A DNA stretch of 64,000 nt from Saccostrea echinata (lineage: Eukaryota). Below the pieces are notes generated by a model, which was not told the origin of the DNA, searched no databases, and was given only the letters and a program-made list of their open reading frames with translations. This document shows positions 36,661 through 50,034 of the stretch, in pieces. The stretch lies in the NCBI RefSeq assembly GCF_033153115.1, contig NW_026889758.1, positions 7,502,001 to 7,566,000 of the forward strand, written 5' to 3'. Within the stretch, counting starts at the first letter, position 1. Each line of letters starts with the position of its first letter. Both the position numbers and the translations under genes were made by a program.

Positions 36661-39600
36661 TCAAGTCTTTTGTTCATGTTTCTCTTTCCTTTTCTTCTTT
36701 CTTTCTAGATTTTTTGCCTTGATGTATTTCTGTTTCTTTCTGGCCTCTTCATCTGGATCCTGTAAATATTTCAGATACAGGTAATTGTTTTCATAATGAG
36801 AATTACAGGTACAGAGTCCAAATTAAAACTAATGAATTTAGCAGGTCAGACACTTTATTTCCCAATGGCAGGGGCACAAGATTCAGATGATGAGAGATCA
36901 ATTAAAAATAAAAACCTAATACTAATACCAATACTGGTACGTTGTAAACCAAGTGTCTTAATCCTGATTCTGTGTGGGAGGGGGTGCTTTTTACACACTT
37001 TAAAGATACTATTGATATTTCTTGCACATACTTGCTAGACTAAACTGCTGAAATGAGGGAGGGTGCTATTTACACTGCCTTCTCACTTGTTACCTTTTAC
37101 ACTGAAGCTTACTATGGTCAAAAACTAACTAAGATCCAATTTTAAAAGTACATCAATTCAGGAATGGTTGTCTGTTTCTTTATTGGGAAAAGTATGAATT
37201 GCAAATACTTGAGCAGATTTGAATAAAAATTATATACATGTACATATAAGATACTTGCTTTAAATAGTAACAGGGTGAAGGAGAGGAGAGGAATTTTAAT
37301 CGTAATCTTTTTTGTATTCTTGAGCAAAACTCTGAACCCCCTTGTGGTCTTGCTCTAGTATTAAAGCCATGATAAAAACAAACCTCAACCTAAAACAAGT
37401 GGATCTGCCTGCATACTGATTTAACTAATTGAAGCTTTCATGCTTTTTCCTTTGAAAGGGAAATAACTCTTCAAAAAAAAAATGGTTTGAAATTAACCAG
37501 TGGTATTAAAGAAGTGAATCATGTGAAAGACTTACAGTAAACACACACTTTAAATCAGAAAGGCTCATTTGAACCCTAAACTCAGTTAGCCATGACCAAA
37601 ACCCTTCTCATCTTATATCTTTAAACCCTACCCTATTGGAATTTATACATGTGTATGATAGCATCTGAATTCAATCTGTCTGTCCAAATTAACCACATTG
37701 CTCCGCTTATGCACCATCAAACAGTTCTACAAGAATCTATATTTGATTACAACCTGTATGTAATACAGTATATTAAAAATCTTAATACTTAAACATCAAA
37801 CAGTCAAGAATTTCTCAGTGACTGACAGTTTGCAATACTATGATGGTTTTTGTTCCATTGACTTTGTCTCAGATTTTTATTCTTACCTGTTTAACTATTT
37901 TGGTTTTATGTTTACTAAAGCTTTTCTTTATATAATGTCTCATCATTATTGTATTTTACAGAAAAGCTCCAGTACTTTACAGAGTATGCTCTACTTGAGT
38001 AGCAAAACAAAATACCTCGTTATACAGCTAAAGAATGGTTACCTTTCCTTCCATCAGCAGTCTCTTCCTTTTGTTGATCTCCTTTTGGACCCCAAAGTCT
38101 CTTTCATCCAATCTCTATAAAGACATGAAAGAAAAATTAATATAAATACTGGTGGTTAATTAACAACCATTAAAGTAGAAATACATTACATTACTCGGAT
38201 TCAAAAATACGAAGAATATTTTTTTCTACTCAGTATCAGAAGTACAGATTACAAATACATGTATACAAGAACAATATGTTCCTCAGCAAAAGAAATAAAG
38301 GGTATTTAGTACAAAAAACATCACTTAGTTAAAATTAAAGGTAAATACTGACTACATGGTATGTTAGTTTAGGCCAGAAATACAATGTTCTGTGGTTTCA
38401 TCATTTTTCATTGAACACCAATTTTCATTGTTTTTGTGGTAGAGCTGGACCACAAAATTAGGTGGTAGAATAGGGTAAGATAAATATTCATCAATTTACA
38501 TATTCAAAACCATGAAATCTAATCCCCATAAAAATACATGAAGCCATAGAATACTAAGGACCAAAAATACTGCTTAATACAGTAAGTTACTGAGGGTTAC
38601 AAATAAGTATATAGTATATTAGTCAGTGTCAGAAATACAGTAAATATGTAAGGGATACAAGACAAAGATGGTCTAATATGTCAGATACAGGACTGAGACA
38701 AGGTGCGACAGAGTTTACATTACCCAGCATCAAAAATAGTGGTACTAGCATACAGTTTGTTATGCATGATCAAAAATACAGTGTATAGGAATTAAATCTC
38801 AAAATGAATGTACAGCATACAGCTGAACTTTGGTATCTCGAACGCTGATATCTCGAATACCATGGATATGTCAAACTAATTGGGAAGTCCCAACCACTTA
38901 TTCTTTAAGTATATTACTCTCGATATCTCGAATCCTTGGACATCTCGAAGTTTTTTTTCTCGGTCCCATCGAGTTCAAGATAACGAAGTTTGACTGTATG
39001 TTAATCAGTATCAGAAAAGCAGAGTACATGATACATGATCAGTGTCAGAGAGACTGGCTTTCTACTATAACTTACAATCTCTGCCTCTCGTTTTGCAGTA
39101 GCAACTTCTACCAAAATTTTCATTACTTCTTTTTCCTTAGTATCATACTCATCCATTTTGGAATCTGTTTGAAATTACATCAGTACAAAGTTATACCCAT
39201 ATTCAATCAAAAATGTTTGTAAAAATGCACAAAGTATTAATTACAAATACAGACATACTGACAAACTCCTCAATGGCATGAACTAGCTTGACATCAAACT
39301 GGGTTACCAAGGTAATAGCTGTTCCATGACGACCTGAAAATATATTTACATTTATTCAATCTATTATCATATCTAATCTCTTTTGACATTATGTAATCTG
39401 AGTAAATTAAATGGACATTCATAAGAATTTGTTTTTAAGAATTTTGTTATCTAAAAGTAACATAGGAGGTGCCCAAAATATAGCACCATGTAATGAAGAT
39501 TCTGTTAAGTAAACAAAACAAGAGGCCCAAGGGCCTTGAATCACTCTTCTGATAAACTGTACAACCTATCACTTCTATCTGAAGCCTCTAAGTATCCTGT

Positions 39601-41555
39601 ATACATGTATTTAGATAAAGCCTTGAAATTCCAAAGGTAGGTCATCATGACCTACATTTTAGATGAAACACTCTGAGAACCCAAGATGATTCTAAGCCAA
39701 TTAGTACCTTAGAGTAGGTCATGGTGACCTACTTATCACTTGTCATTACCATGAGGACCCAAGATGCATCAACTAAGTTTGATGATTCTAAGCCAATTAA
39801 TACCTAAAATATTTTTAAAATTATAACCATAAAATTTTAAAAGTAGGTCACAGTGACCTACTTTTCAGATGACATACTTTGTGGACCCAAGATGCATCAA
39901 CTGACAAAGTTTGATGATTCTAAGCCAATTAGTACCAAAAATATTTCATTATAGCCATATAAATTGAAAAGAAGGTCACGGTGACCTACTTTTCAGTCGA
40001 CCTACTCCGAGGACCCAAGATGCATCAGCTGACAAAGTTTGATGATTCTAAGCCAACTAGAAAACTGATCAGTCAGTAAGGGCCCAGCCGAGGGGTAGAA
40101 ATATAAGGGTGCAGTTTACAGAATGAGAATTTTACTTATTACAAAAATTAAAAAATATATGAAGAAGAATATGCAACAACAACTGTGTTAATAAAATTTC
40201 AAGATAATTCCTAAATATCCAACAACCTGTAAATAGTATACCTGTATTTACACAAGGCAGTAAAAAACACCATATCTATAATATCTCAGTTAAATGTATT
40301 TAAACAAAAAATAAAGCATGTGTTTTATAAAATGCCAGCCTTCAGTGAATGCAAATAACACCCAAGCTTGACCTTAACTTCAAAACAAACATCAGTTGCA
40401 GACAAAGGTGTTAAGGAGGTTGGATCCTGCCATCAAAAGTAATGAGAATTTTTTAGCAAGTATATTTTTAGTATTTAGACACATAGCTTAATTAAAAATC
40501 AAAACAAAAAATGGGGGTCAATGCGCTTCTTTTGACGCTACAGAGCATTTAGTTTGACCTTTTTGCACTGTAAACACGTCTTATACATAAATCAATTTTT
40601 AAAGTTTTTCCTCCAAATTTTTTATTCAAATAAATTATGGGAACAAACACAGTCTTATTTCATCGTGAATAGACACATTAAAATTTGTGACAATGAAAAA
40701 AATTTCGAATGACTCCGCATGTATAATTATTTGACCTTTTTGCACTCAAAAAATTTCATTTTGCTGGAATTAAAAATTTAACAAGCAAAAAAATCTTTGA
40801 AAGTAATGACATTTTACTGAATTTAAGAAGAATGGTTAAAAGTATGATATATATTCAGAAAATAAAATTAAAAGTGGGGGTCTGTGATGTTAATTTTTAG
40901 ATATTACCAAAATAGTGCTATTTTTAAGCTTAAATTAGGGCTATTTTTTCTTGTTTTTTCACAGTATATTTGCTATATTTATCAAATATGATGATAGAAT
41001 TCATGACAGTTAATTCCATATATATAATTAAGGACCAGTATAAAACAGTTCACTGCACAAAATAACTCTGTGTGCAGAATGCTTGTAAAAATAGGAATCC
41101 AAACTTAACATACTTTAAATACTTCGAAAGAGAAAAAAATGATCAAATTCTTCTAAAAACTCTTCCGCCACAAAATATAGTTCCTCACTAAATGCCTTTG
41201 GTATGGAGTTTAATCATGGAGTTTTAACTTAATATAGTTTAAATGGCATTGTAGAATCCAAATTTATTGTAAGAATTAAAACATTATGCATAATTTTTAA
41301 AATATAGGTTAAGATAAAAATCTGCTCAAAAGCTCAGGAGCGAACCTCGTTAATTTATCTTAAAGTGACAAAGAAAGATGAGCCTCTAAAATATTCTGCA
41401 CTAGGCAAGATAATTAATCCCAGGGGACTAATTGTACTGCTCTCTCATCCTTTTCTTCCAAGCTTACAAAGAGAACTTTTTCAGTAATGATAGAATAAGG
41501 TTATTATCAGACTACCTGTTAAAATTAATAGTGTTCTTGAATTTACATAAGGCAG

Positions 41556-41631
<76 letters not shown>

Positions 41632-44600
41632 TAATTCATTAAAAAAATAAAAAAGATATCATCATGTATATCTTGTTTTTAGAATTCAATAAAATCATAA
41701 CTCATTGTGTATTTTACCAAAACAAAGGATAAACATTTTTTATTCCACATTTCAGAGAATGTAAACATCATTCAGAATTGACCTTAACTACAAAACAAAC
41801 TTCATTTGCAGACAGAAGTGTTAATTAATCTCATTTTGACAGAAACAGATAATGCTTTAGATTTTGTTCAAGAGGAAAGTTAATTAATCCCTTGGGACTA
41901 GTTGAAGCTTTCACAGTTTACAATAAGAACACTGTCAGCAGTTATCTCTCTTTGCCCTGGAATTCATTCTAATGTAAAGTTAAGGAATCTACCCCCACCA
42001 CCCCAGCTCCAAACTGGATGAAATAGAGAACCAAAATTAGCTTCAAAATATGTCTTACTGCCTATTCAACCAACATACCAAATTTGAACCTAATTGGTCA
42101 ACTAAAAAAAAAGTTATTAGAAAAAAACAGAAAATTTGTGGACGGAAGAATGACAGACGGACGGAGAGACAGACAGAGAGAGTGATTACTATAGGGCATC
42201 CGCAAATTCTTGCAGGGCCCTAATTAGTACCTGAAATATTTGATTAAAACCATAAATTTTCAAAAGTAGGTCAAGGTGACCTACTTTTCAGTTGATTTAC
42301 TCCGAGGACAAGAGATGCATCAACTGACAAAGTTTGATGATAATAAGCTAATTAGTACCCGAAATATTTCATTGTAGCCATATAAATTGAAAAGTAGGTC
42401 ACGGTGACTTACTTTTCAGAAGACGTACTCCGAAGACCCAAGATGCATCAACTGACAAAGTTTGATGATTCTAAGCCAATTAGTACCCGAAATATTTAAT
42501 TACAGTCATATGTATAAATTGAAAAGTAGGTCACGGTGACCTACTTTTCAGTTGACCTACTCCGAGGACCCAAGATACATCAACTGACAAATTTTGATGA
42601 TTCTAAGCCAAATAGTAAATGTCATTTTTGGTCAACTTTGAAGTGACCTTGAGACCACGCCCTTTGCCCCAGGGTTAATCTACAACATATCCTCATTCTT
42701 TTGTGTAAGTTTGGTGTTAATCTGCCCAATGGTTCTTGATAAGAAGATTTTTTAGCAACCAGTACTTTTGTTTCTATTTTCCTAATTATCTCCCCTTGTT
42801 TAAGGGTCACAACCCTAGTTTTAGTACAAATGGGAGCCCTTGGGCCAAGGATACCCTGTGACAAATTTGTCAATAATTGGCCAAGGGGTTCTTGAGTTAT
42901 GGCCCATATTCTAAAAAAGTTTACGCACACACACAAATGGCCATAGCATTAGCTCTTTGAGACTTGGGCTCAGAAGAGCTAAAAATTACAGCATCTAAAT
43001 TTTCTACAATCTACAGTCTTTGTGTTTGTCTGTAATGGTAAGGAATTACTCAAAAACTCAATGGTTTTTTTTTTAATTTCAAGGTACCATTAATCAAGGA
43101 GTGTGTATATAAATAAAAAAAATCAAGTATTAGGAACTTAATGAAAATATCATGACATTAAAAAGTAATCTTTAAATGCTAATATACCGGTACATGTAAA
43201 TACCGTACATGCATTCATAAATACTTTTTCCCCATTTAATATACTTTTGTGCATGTACATGTATTTGTTGAATTTGAGCCTGCTTTAATGTTACATTATA
43301 GACTGTAATGTCATGCTTGTTGAACACTGACACAAGAAATGCAAGTAGTTTAAAAGGAGTTTACACCAAAACCACTGGACATTTATTAATTATTTAAATT
43401 TTTTGGATTTCCTAATGCCCTTGTTTTACCTGCCCTGGCTGTACGTCCCACACGGTGTACATAATCCTTCGGTTTGTTAGGAACATTGTGATTGATAATC
43501 AGGTCCACTGTGGGAATGTCCAAACCTCTAATAAAATTATCAATCTTCTATGAATTTTTTTTGATTTAAGAAATATTGCTCTAGAGAATTTGAGAAATGT
43601 GTGATGATATATGTACATGTAACTGATATGTGTTTCTTACATCTTTCACTGTTTGTAAAATTTATATGGTATGTGCAGAATATTTGCATACAGATTTTCA
43701 TCTTATAGAGAATATAATTTTCAAACTCATGAATACTAAACACGAAAATTTGTGATCAACTGATTCAGTAAACAAAGCCTTGGAGTCTCATACCTGCTGG
43801 CTACATCAGTAGCAATTAGAATGTTGATCTGGTTAGATTTAAATTTAGCCAATGCAGCTAATCTCTCCTTCTGTCTAATCATCGAGTGTAAAACTACACA
43901 AGGAAGGCCCAGCTGTGTACAGATCATTCCTAAAATCTGGGTGTATCTAAAACACATAAAACATACACCAACCTTATCATGATATTCAACAATCATCAGT
44001 TATGCATACCAGTATATACAGAAAAGGGTCTCCCTCTTGATATATATATGTATAAGCATACAATTTTTTTTTTTGCCAAATGCAGTGATTGGGAAGACCA
44101 TGAAGGTTAGTGGGAACTATGAAATGTTTAAAAGAAGAGGTGCTTTTTAGTTAACAGAAACATACATGAATATTACATATGTAATCTAAGGATCTTACTT
44201 GCATGTGTTGGTAAAGATCATAATAGAACTTTTCTTGTTAGCCTCTGTATACTTGTCCAGGATGTGTATAAGGTAGGCATCTTTAATATCTGCTGGCATC
44301 AAGACATAGTACTGCTTCAAACCCTCAACAGTAGCTACCCTATTCAAAAGTATTTACCAAGTTGAAATGTACTAAATTGGACACAAAGCAAGAGCATGAT
44401 CATTGCAGGACATGGAAATGGTCAATGTTTGTTGCTTAATGGGGATGTTTCAAAATTTCCAATTTCTATGCTTTGTCATCACTGTATGAATTCAGTGAAA
44501 AAAGTCTACATTTTAAATTAAAAATTGCAGAGAAATTAGCAATAAAGCATGTTTCTTAGGATATTCATTACTCACACATTTGGTTAACAAAAATAAGTCA

Positions 44601-47600
44601 CTAAACTTATTTAAGGTATATTACCTTGAATTTTTTATTTTACCTCTAACAATTTTTTTTCTTTGTTAACTTGTTTGTTATCTGTTCATTCTTATGAAGA
44701 ATACACAGGTAAACAACAATTACTCTGATTTTTGTTGCCAGAAGAAAGGTTTGTTCATTGCCACATCCTGTAAATCTTTCAGATGTTTTGTCATTGTAGC
44801 ACTAAACAGAAGTGTTTGTCTCTTTTTGGGGAGAACTTTAAATATAGTCTCTAGCTGCTCTCCAAAATCATCTTCAATCAAACGATCTGCCTCATCTAAT
44901 ACCTACAGAAAACCAAAATCATCTTCAATCAAATGATCTGCCTCATCTAATACCTACAGAAAATCACGAGTAACACATGTAGAAAAACTGAAAGATATTA
45001 AACTTTGTATGCAAATGACAAAAATTAAGTATTAAACATTAATTTGTCTTCTCGTTGGTAACTAACCAGAAACTTGATTTTGCGTAAGCTGAATGTATCA
45101 CAGCTCTGTAGGTGGTCAGCCAATCGTCCAGGTGTGGAAATCACTATATGGGGTTTTACCTGTAGATCAATACCCTGCTGCATCATGTCTACAAGTAAAT
45201 ATAATCATTAACTTTGGTAAATATGATTGTCAATTATTGTAGATACGATCATTAACTATTGTAGATATGACAATTAACTATTGTAAGTATGATAATTAAC
45301 TATTGTGGATATGATAATTAACTACTGTGGATATGATAATTAACTATTGTGGATATGATAATTAACTATTGTAGATATGATAATTAACTATTGTAGAGAT
45401 GATAATTAACTATTGTGGATATGATAATTAACTATTGTAGATATGATAATCAACTATTGTGGATATTGTAATTAACTATTGTGGATATGATAATTAACTA
45501 TTGTAGGTATGATCATAAACTTTTCATATAGAAGTATGGTAGATATGATTGTTAACTATTCTTAAAGAATTATGATAGGCAACAACTTTTTGAACCATTC
45601 TTTCAGATTTAATACTGATTTTAACTAGGGCTTTGTTGATATATCGATACATACCAATATTCAAGAATGTATCGTATGAAAAAAAAACTTCCAATATGTA
45701 TCGAGCAGGCAGTTTTTCTCATAATTCTTTGAAAAAGTTGGGAATTTCAATCACCAAAGGATACATTTAAGTGTTTTGAATGAAAAATGATCAATAATGA
45801 TATAAACATTAAGGAGATAGCACATCTTAAATAATTATTACAAAATACATGGACAACTATATTTTAACATTTTGAAGTGTATTTGAAGTGTATTTTGTAA
45901 TGACAGTGAGTGAGACAAGAACTTTGAAATGGTTTATGAAACACTCAGTTTTTATAAAGTTTATGCATTAAATGATTAACAAGACTTTTTTGATTGACTT
46001 GTTAAAGAATCCAATATATCGCATATTGCTTTATAAAAAATCATATTGTATCAAAATTTTTTGCTCAATACGCAGCCCTAATTTTAACCCAACAACAGTT
46101 CATGATTCTTTTTGACTCAAAATAAATTAATTTTTCCATTCTACATGTAGTATTTAATGCATTATCATTGATCTTCATGCTTCTGATTTAAAAAAAAAAA
46201 TCTGAATTTTTTTTTAACATTGTGTTACACCTGTGATGACAGTAACTCTGTACATATATAGATCTTACCCAGTCCTCCTGTGATGACAGTAACTCTGTAC
46301 ATATATAGATCTTACCCAGTCCTCCTGTGATGACAGTAACTCTGACATTGATTGGTTTACCAAGGACATTAAACTGCTCTGCTATCTGGAAGGCCAACTC
46401 TCTGAATATACAAACACACACTTGTTATGTAATATTGACTGAATTTTAACCTGTCAAGATCACCATCATTTTTAGTGAATGGTCAGATTTTTATTTTTAA
46501 GCAATTACATCACATTGTACTAAAATCATTTCAAAAATTATGAGAGATACACAAGAATCACAAACCTTGTTGGAGTCAATACCAATGCAAAAATGCCAAA
46601 AGGGTCCTCTGAAAGTTTTTGTAGAACTGGTAAAGCAAATGCTGCTGTCTTGCCACTTCCTGTTTTAGCACAACCAATACAGTCCCTCCCTAAAAAAAAA
46701 ATATGAAAAATGGAACAATTTTGAAATAAATTGTAATGGAAGGTAAATACATATGCAAAAGTTTCCCTAAATTACAAACATACAATTCGTTACAATTAAT
46801 AAGATAAATTAGGTAGGTAATTCACTCAGGCAGTCCTAAAATCTAGATGCATCCCTATAAATTAACTAATGGTTATATATAAATTTCTCGGGATGCATCT
46901 AGAATTTAAGACTGCCTGAATAATAGTGATGAGACATCGGTTAATTTTCATAATCGATCATCGGTTGGAATCGGTTACTGCTTCCGATGCGATTTTACCG
47001 ATTATAATCAGATTTCATAGTTTTGTATACAAAAAGCAGAGAAGAAATTACTGAAAGAGAAAATACACAAAAGAAAAATGAAGAGAAAATTAGCATGAAA
47101 TTTAGATGGAATAAAACAATACCAGAGTAATTTTGAAATTTCAATATATTTTCAAGGTTATATATATAACTATTTGAAAGTACATAGAGGCCAACTCATA
47201 TAAACACTTTTTTATAGTATTATTATACTATAGTGGTATACTAGCTAGCCAATATGACTTACACTACAAGAAATGAAAAAAAAATTGTAGAAAAAAAAAA
47301 TAATAATGACTGCTGATTTGCTCGATTCTGTAAAGATAACATGACTATGTGATAATTTCTGGCTGACATCTAAGGTATGTAATTTTTAGGTAAATGTTTT
47401 TTCACACAAAAATCAAACTTAAATTATTTTGATATTGCTAGTTTTGTTTATCAAAGATAGATCAAATAAATGAAACTATATATAATCTGACCTGACATAG
47501 AACAGTTACTAAAAAATTCTCCAGCAATAATATCAATTGTTATGAAAACAACACTGATCACAATGAATAGTACACATACATTATAATTATTATTTGATAA

Positions 47601-49336
47601 ATGGGTTTGTGTATAGTGTACATCATCAGACACTGTGAGTTTGTGTTTGCCAATCAGAGTGGGGTCACAGGTAAATGATATGTGATAGGTAGCAGGTGGC
47701 CAGTGTAGCATGCAATGCTGAAGTCAATTGAATACAGGTAATCATTTTAAGAACATTGGACTATTATTATTAATCATAATTAAATGTCAGGTAAGGAGCT
47801 GAAATTTTACACTTTAAAATTTGCATTTAATATATCCTTTGGGTCTCTTATACTGTGCTATGTATGTTTGGTTGTGACCCTTTGTTTCCAAAGCTTAAGG
47901 TCAATAGGAAACTTGGTTGCTGCGTGCCATAGGTCATACAATATGTCAACAGGGACCTAAATACTAAGTCCCTGATGTCAATAATTTAAAATTTTAGAAA
48001 TGTAAATCATGTAGCCATAGTAGCTTCTGTACCCTGGTTACATTCAGAATCCAGATAATATATATAATAATAAAAGTAGAATTTGTATTATTAAGTAACA
48101 CTGTACCCGGAACGACTTTACTTTACCGGTCCCCAGAAAAACGCGCTAAAATATAGTGTCGCCGTAGGCGACTTCAATATATACGAGATCGCGTGAGCGA
48201 TCGAAAAAAATAAAAAATATGAGGTTTTAAGCCTCTTTGACCCCAAATTCGAATTTTACGGTTAAAAGTTTAGTTTAAAACTTCGTTTATAAACGAAGTT
48301 TTTAACCTCGTTTTCTGAAAAAAAGTAAGAAATGTTGTTTATTCAGTGGAAAGGAGACAAAAAATAATTGTGAACGAAGCGCGTGCGGCGCATGCTTAGT
48401 GCCGTTTCTTTCGTACTTAGCCATTTTTTTCATGTAAACAAACCAACGAGATGTCGTTGAAGCTGAATTAAGATCTTGCAAAAAATACAGATGCAACTGA
48501 ATTTCTTAATTAATCTAAAAGAACAAGACACTAACCCTTATCTCTCGGATGGTATGCGAGGCCTAACCCAAATCTCCCAGGCGGATGCTAGACCATGCTA
48601 GACTAACCCATGTGCGAGGACTAACCCTAATCTCTCGGATATATGCGAGACTAACCCTAATCAGTCGAAAACTTATGCAAGGACTAACCCTAATCTTTCA
48701 GGTGGGTGCAAGACTAACCCTAACCAGTCGAAAAATGTGCAAAACCAACCCTAATCAGTTGAGTGACGTAAATCTTACGTCATAGTGCAATGAGCGCGCG
48801 GATCTTGCGGATCTGGGGACCGGTAAAGTAAAGTCTGTAACCAGGTCACGTCAACAGTCCTTCAGAAATTTTCTACTTTCATTTTTCAATGCTTTTATAC
48901 TGAAACCTTTTTGTAACCTTATTGCTAAAGGATAAATAGGGGATGTACCCTAGGGTACAAAAGTATGACCTAAAAACACAGTACCAATTTCTTGCCATAT
49001 ATGGTCAATGTTTGCAAACGGTTTGTACTTTTATTAATTAAGGTTTAAAATTTGGCAGTATACGGCACCAAAAAAAAATACATGGTAAGAAACAAAACTT
49101 ATAAACAAACGGGGGGTTCCCCACTTTGAGGTGCCTGTGGTTGTATGAACGAGTCCCAATTTTTCTATATAAATCTTACCTTCTAAAATTGGTGGAATAC
49201 AGTTGACTTGAATTGGAGTGGGCTGACGAAGTCCCATTGTATGACACTGTGCCCATAGCCATTCATTAAGTTCTAACTTCTCAAACTGTTCTCCAGACTT
49301 TAATTTTTGTTTACTCGAACTTGCCATCGCAGCCAT
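36661..49336 (-). CDS. DDX49: DEAD-box RNA helicase DDX49 (Dbp8 ortholog), 12 exons
   Basis: Exons 49336-49180, 46689-46566, 46401-46316, 45188-45067, 44902-44724, 44339-44199, 43946-43794, 43527-43430, 39333-39259, 39164-39076, 38114-38043, 36759-36661. Q motif [54 protein letters not shown], and the DDX49-type tail [16 protein letters not shown]. Alternative ATG at 49327. Confidence 0.95.
38820..38996. mobile_element. Tc1/mariner (pogo/Tigger-like) MITE
   Basis: TA|CAGCTGAACTTTGGTATCTCGAAC ... GTTCAAGATAACGAAGTTTGACTG|TA, with internal ATCTCGAA repeats. Confidence 0.8.
40415..41349. mobile_element. Kolobok-type non-autonomous element (third nesting level)
   Basis: TTAA|GGAGGTTGG ... CGAACCTCG|TTAA. 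The empty-site paralog at ~41778-41830 has a single TTAA. Confidence 0.75.
41558..41628. repeat. (TA)n microsatellite
   Basis: About 35 TA units. Confidence 0.98.
45225..45560. repeat. 22-bp minisatellite next to the DDX49 exon 4 acceptor
   Basis: About 15 copies of TATTGTGGATATGATAATTAAC. Confidence 0.92.
45626..46080. mobile_element. hAT-type MITE
   Basis: ATTTTAAC|TAGGGCT ... AGCCCTA|ATTTTAAC: perfect 8-bp TSD. Confidence 0.85.
47950..47974. mobile_element. 25-bp TIR remnant with 7-bp TSD (probable P-superfamily excision footprint)
   Basis: ATGTCAA|CAGGGACCTAAATACTAAGTCCCTG|ATGTCAA. Confidence 0.7.
48114..48835. mobile_element. TIR element with internal telomere-motif repeats (DDX49 intron 1)
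   Basis: Perfect 24-bp TIR GACTTTACTTTACCGGTCCCCAGA; CTAACCCTAA motifs at ~30-bp spacing in 48530-48760. Confidence 0.8.
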
Positions 49337-50034
49337 GCTTGTGCTAAAATTGTCAATGTTAGGTATACGCTTCCATTCTATTTTGAGATGTTTCCTACCT
49401 TCAAACACAGTATTGACGAAGAAACAAGAGAGATGTAAAAGAGAAAATTTATTCTCGAAAGGATAAAATTTCCCGGTTTAGAAAGGTATCGTTTGTGTGT
49501 AAATGTTCATAGCGTTTCTTATATAAATAATTCTTTGCAATATCCCAACATCCACTATTGCATATAATAAAATCCAAAGCCCCTCCCCTTCCCCCTTTGC
49601 TGCTCCTTCAACTGTTCAAGTCCCCAAAACTTTCTGTATTCTCAAAAATGCTTAGAAAAAATTAATAAATGATTTGGCATCCAAACTTTGAAATTGCCTC
49701 ACTCACTTGAAAATCGTGGTGTTGGCCTGGTTAACCAACTGACTTTGGAAAAAAAAAGAACGCTGTGATAATTTGATTTTTTTACAAAAAAAATCTTTTG
49801 ATATTGATCCATTCATCAGCTCTTAATTCTGTTAATAACTACGATAATATTGTCTAAAAGAGGTTATTTTCTTGGCCGTCAAAGTAAATTTTGGAAAAGT
49901 TGATCTGGTCATCTTGTAAAAAAAAATTATCATGTGATACTCATCCTTTTTGTGTTCCCTTGGATGTATGAAACATCTATATGTATATATATTTATTATA
50001 AGTAAAATATTCACGCATCATTTCAGATTGGTAA

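Larger units (their letters stand above)
40057..42221 (+). mobile_element. Second HINE nested in the first
   Basis: Splits the host motif CTAAGCCAA|TTAGTACC. Ends in a GACA/GACG microsatellite plus TAGGGC...GCCCTA hairpin. Confidence 0.7.
39518..42985 (+). mobile_element. HINE with ~128-bp repeats each carrying AGGTCAnnnTGACCT; host of two nested insertions
   Basis: Starts AACAAGAGGCCCAAGGGCC, has repeats at 39630-40055 and 42222-42620, and ends in a CA microsatellite plus AGCTCTT...GAAGAGCTAAAAA hairpin. Confidence 0.8.

Noticed and set aside
48585-48785. ORF with a 10-aa repeat (RLTLISR), or a CRISPR-like repeat/spacer pattern
   Set aside because: By-product of the ~30-bp CTAACCCTAA periodicity inside a TIR element; the spacers are related to each other.
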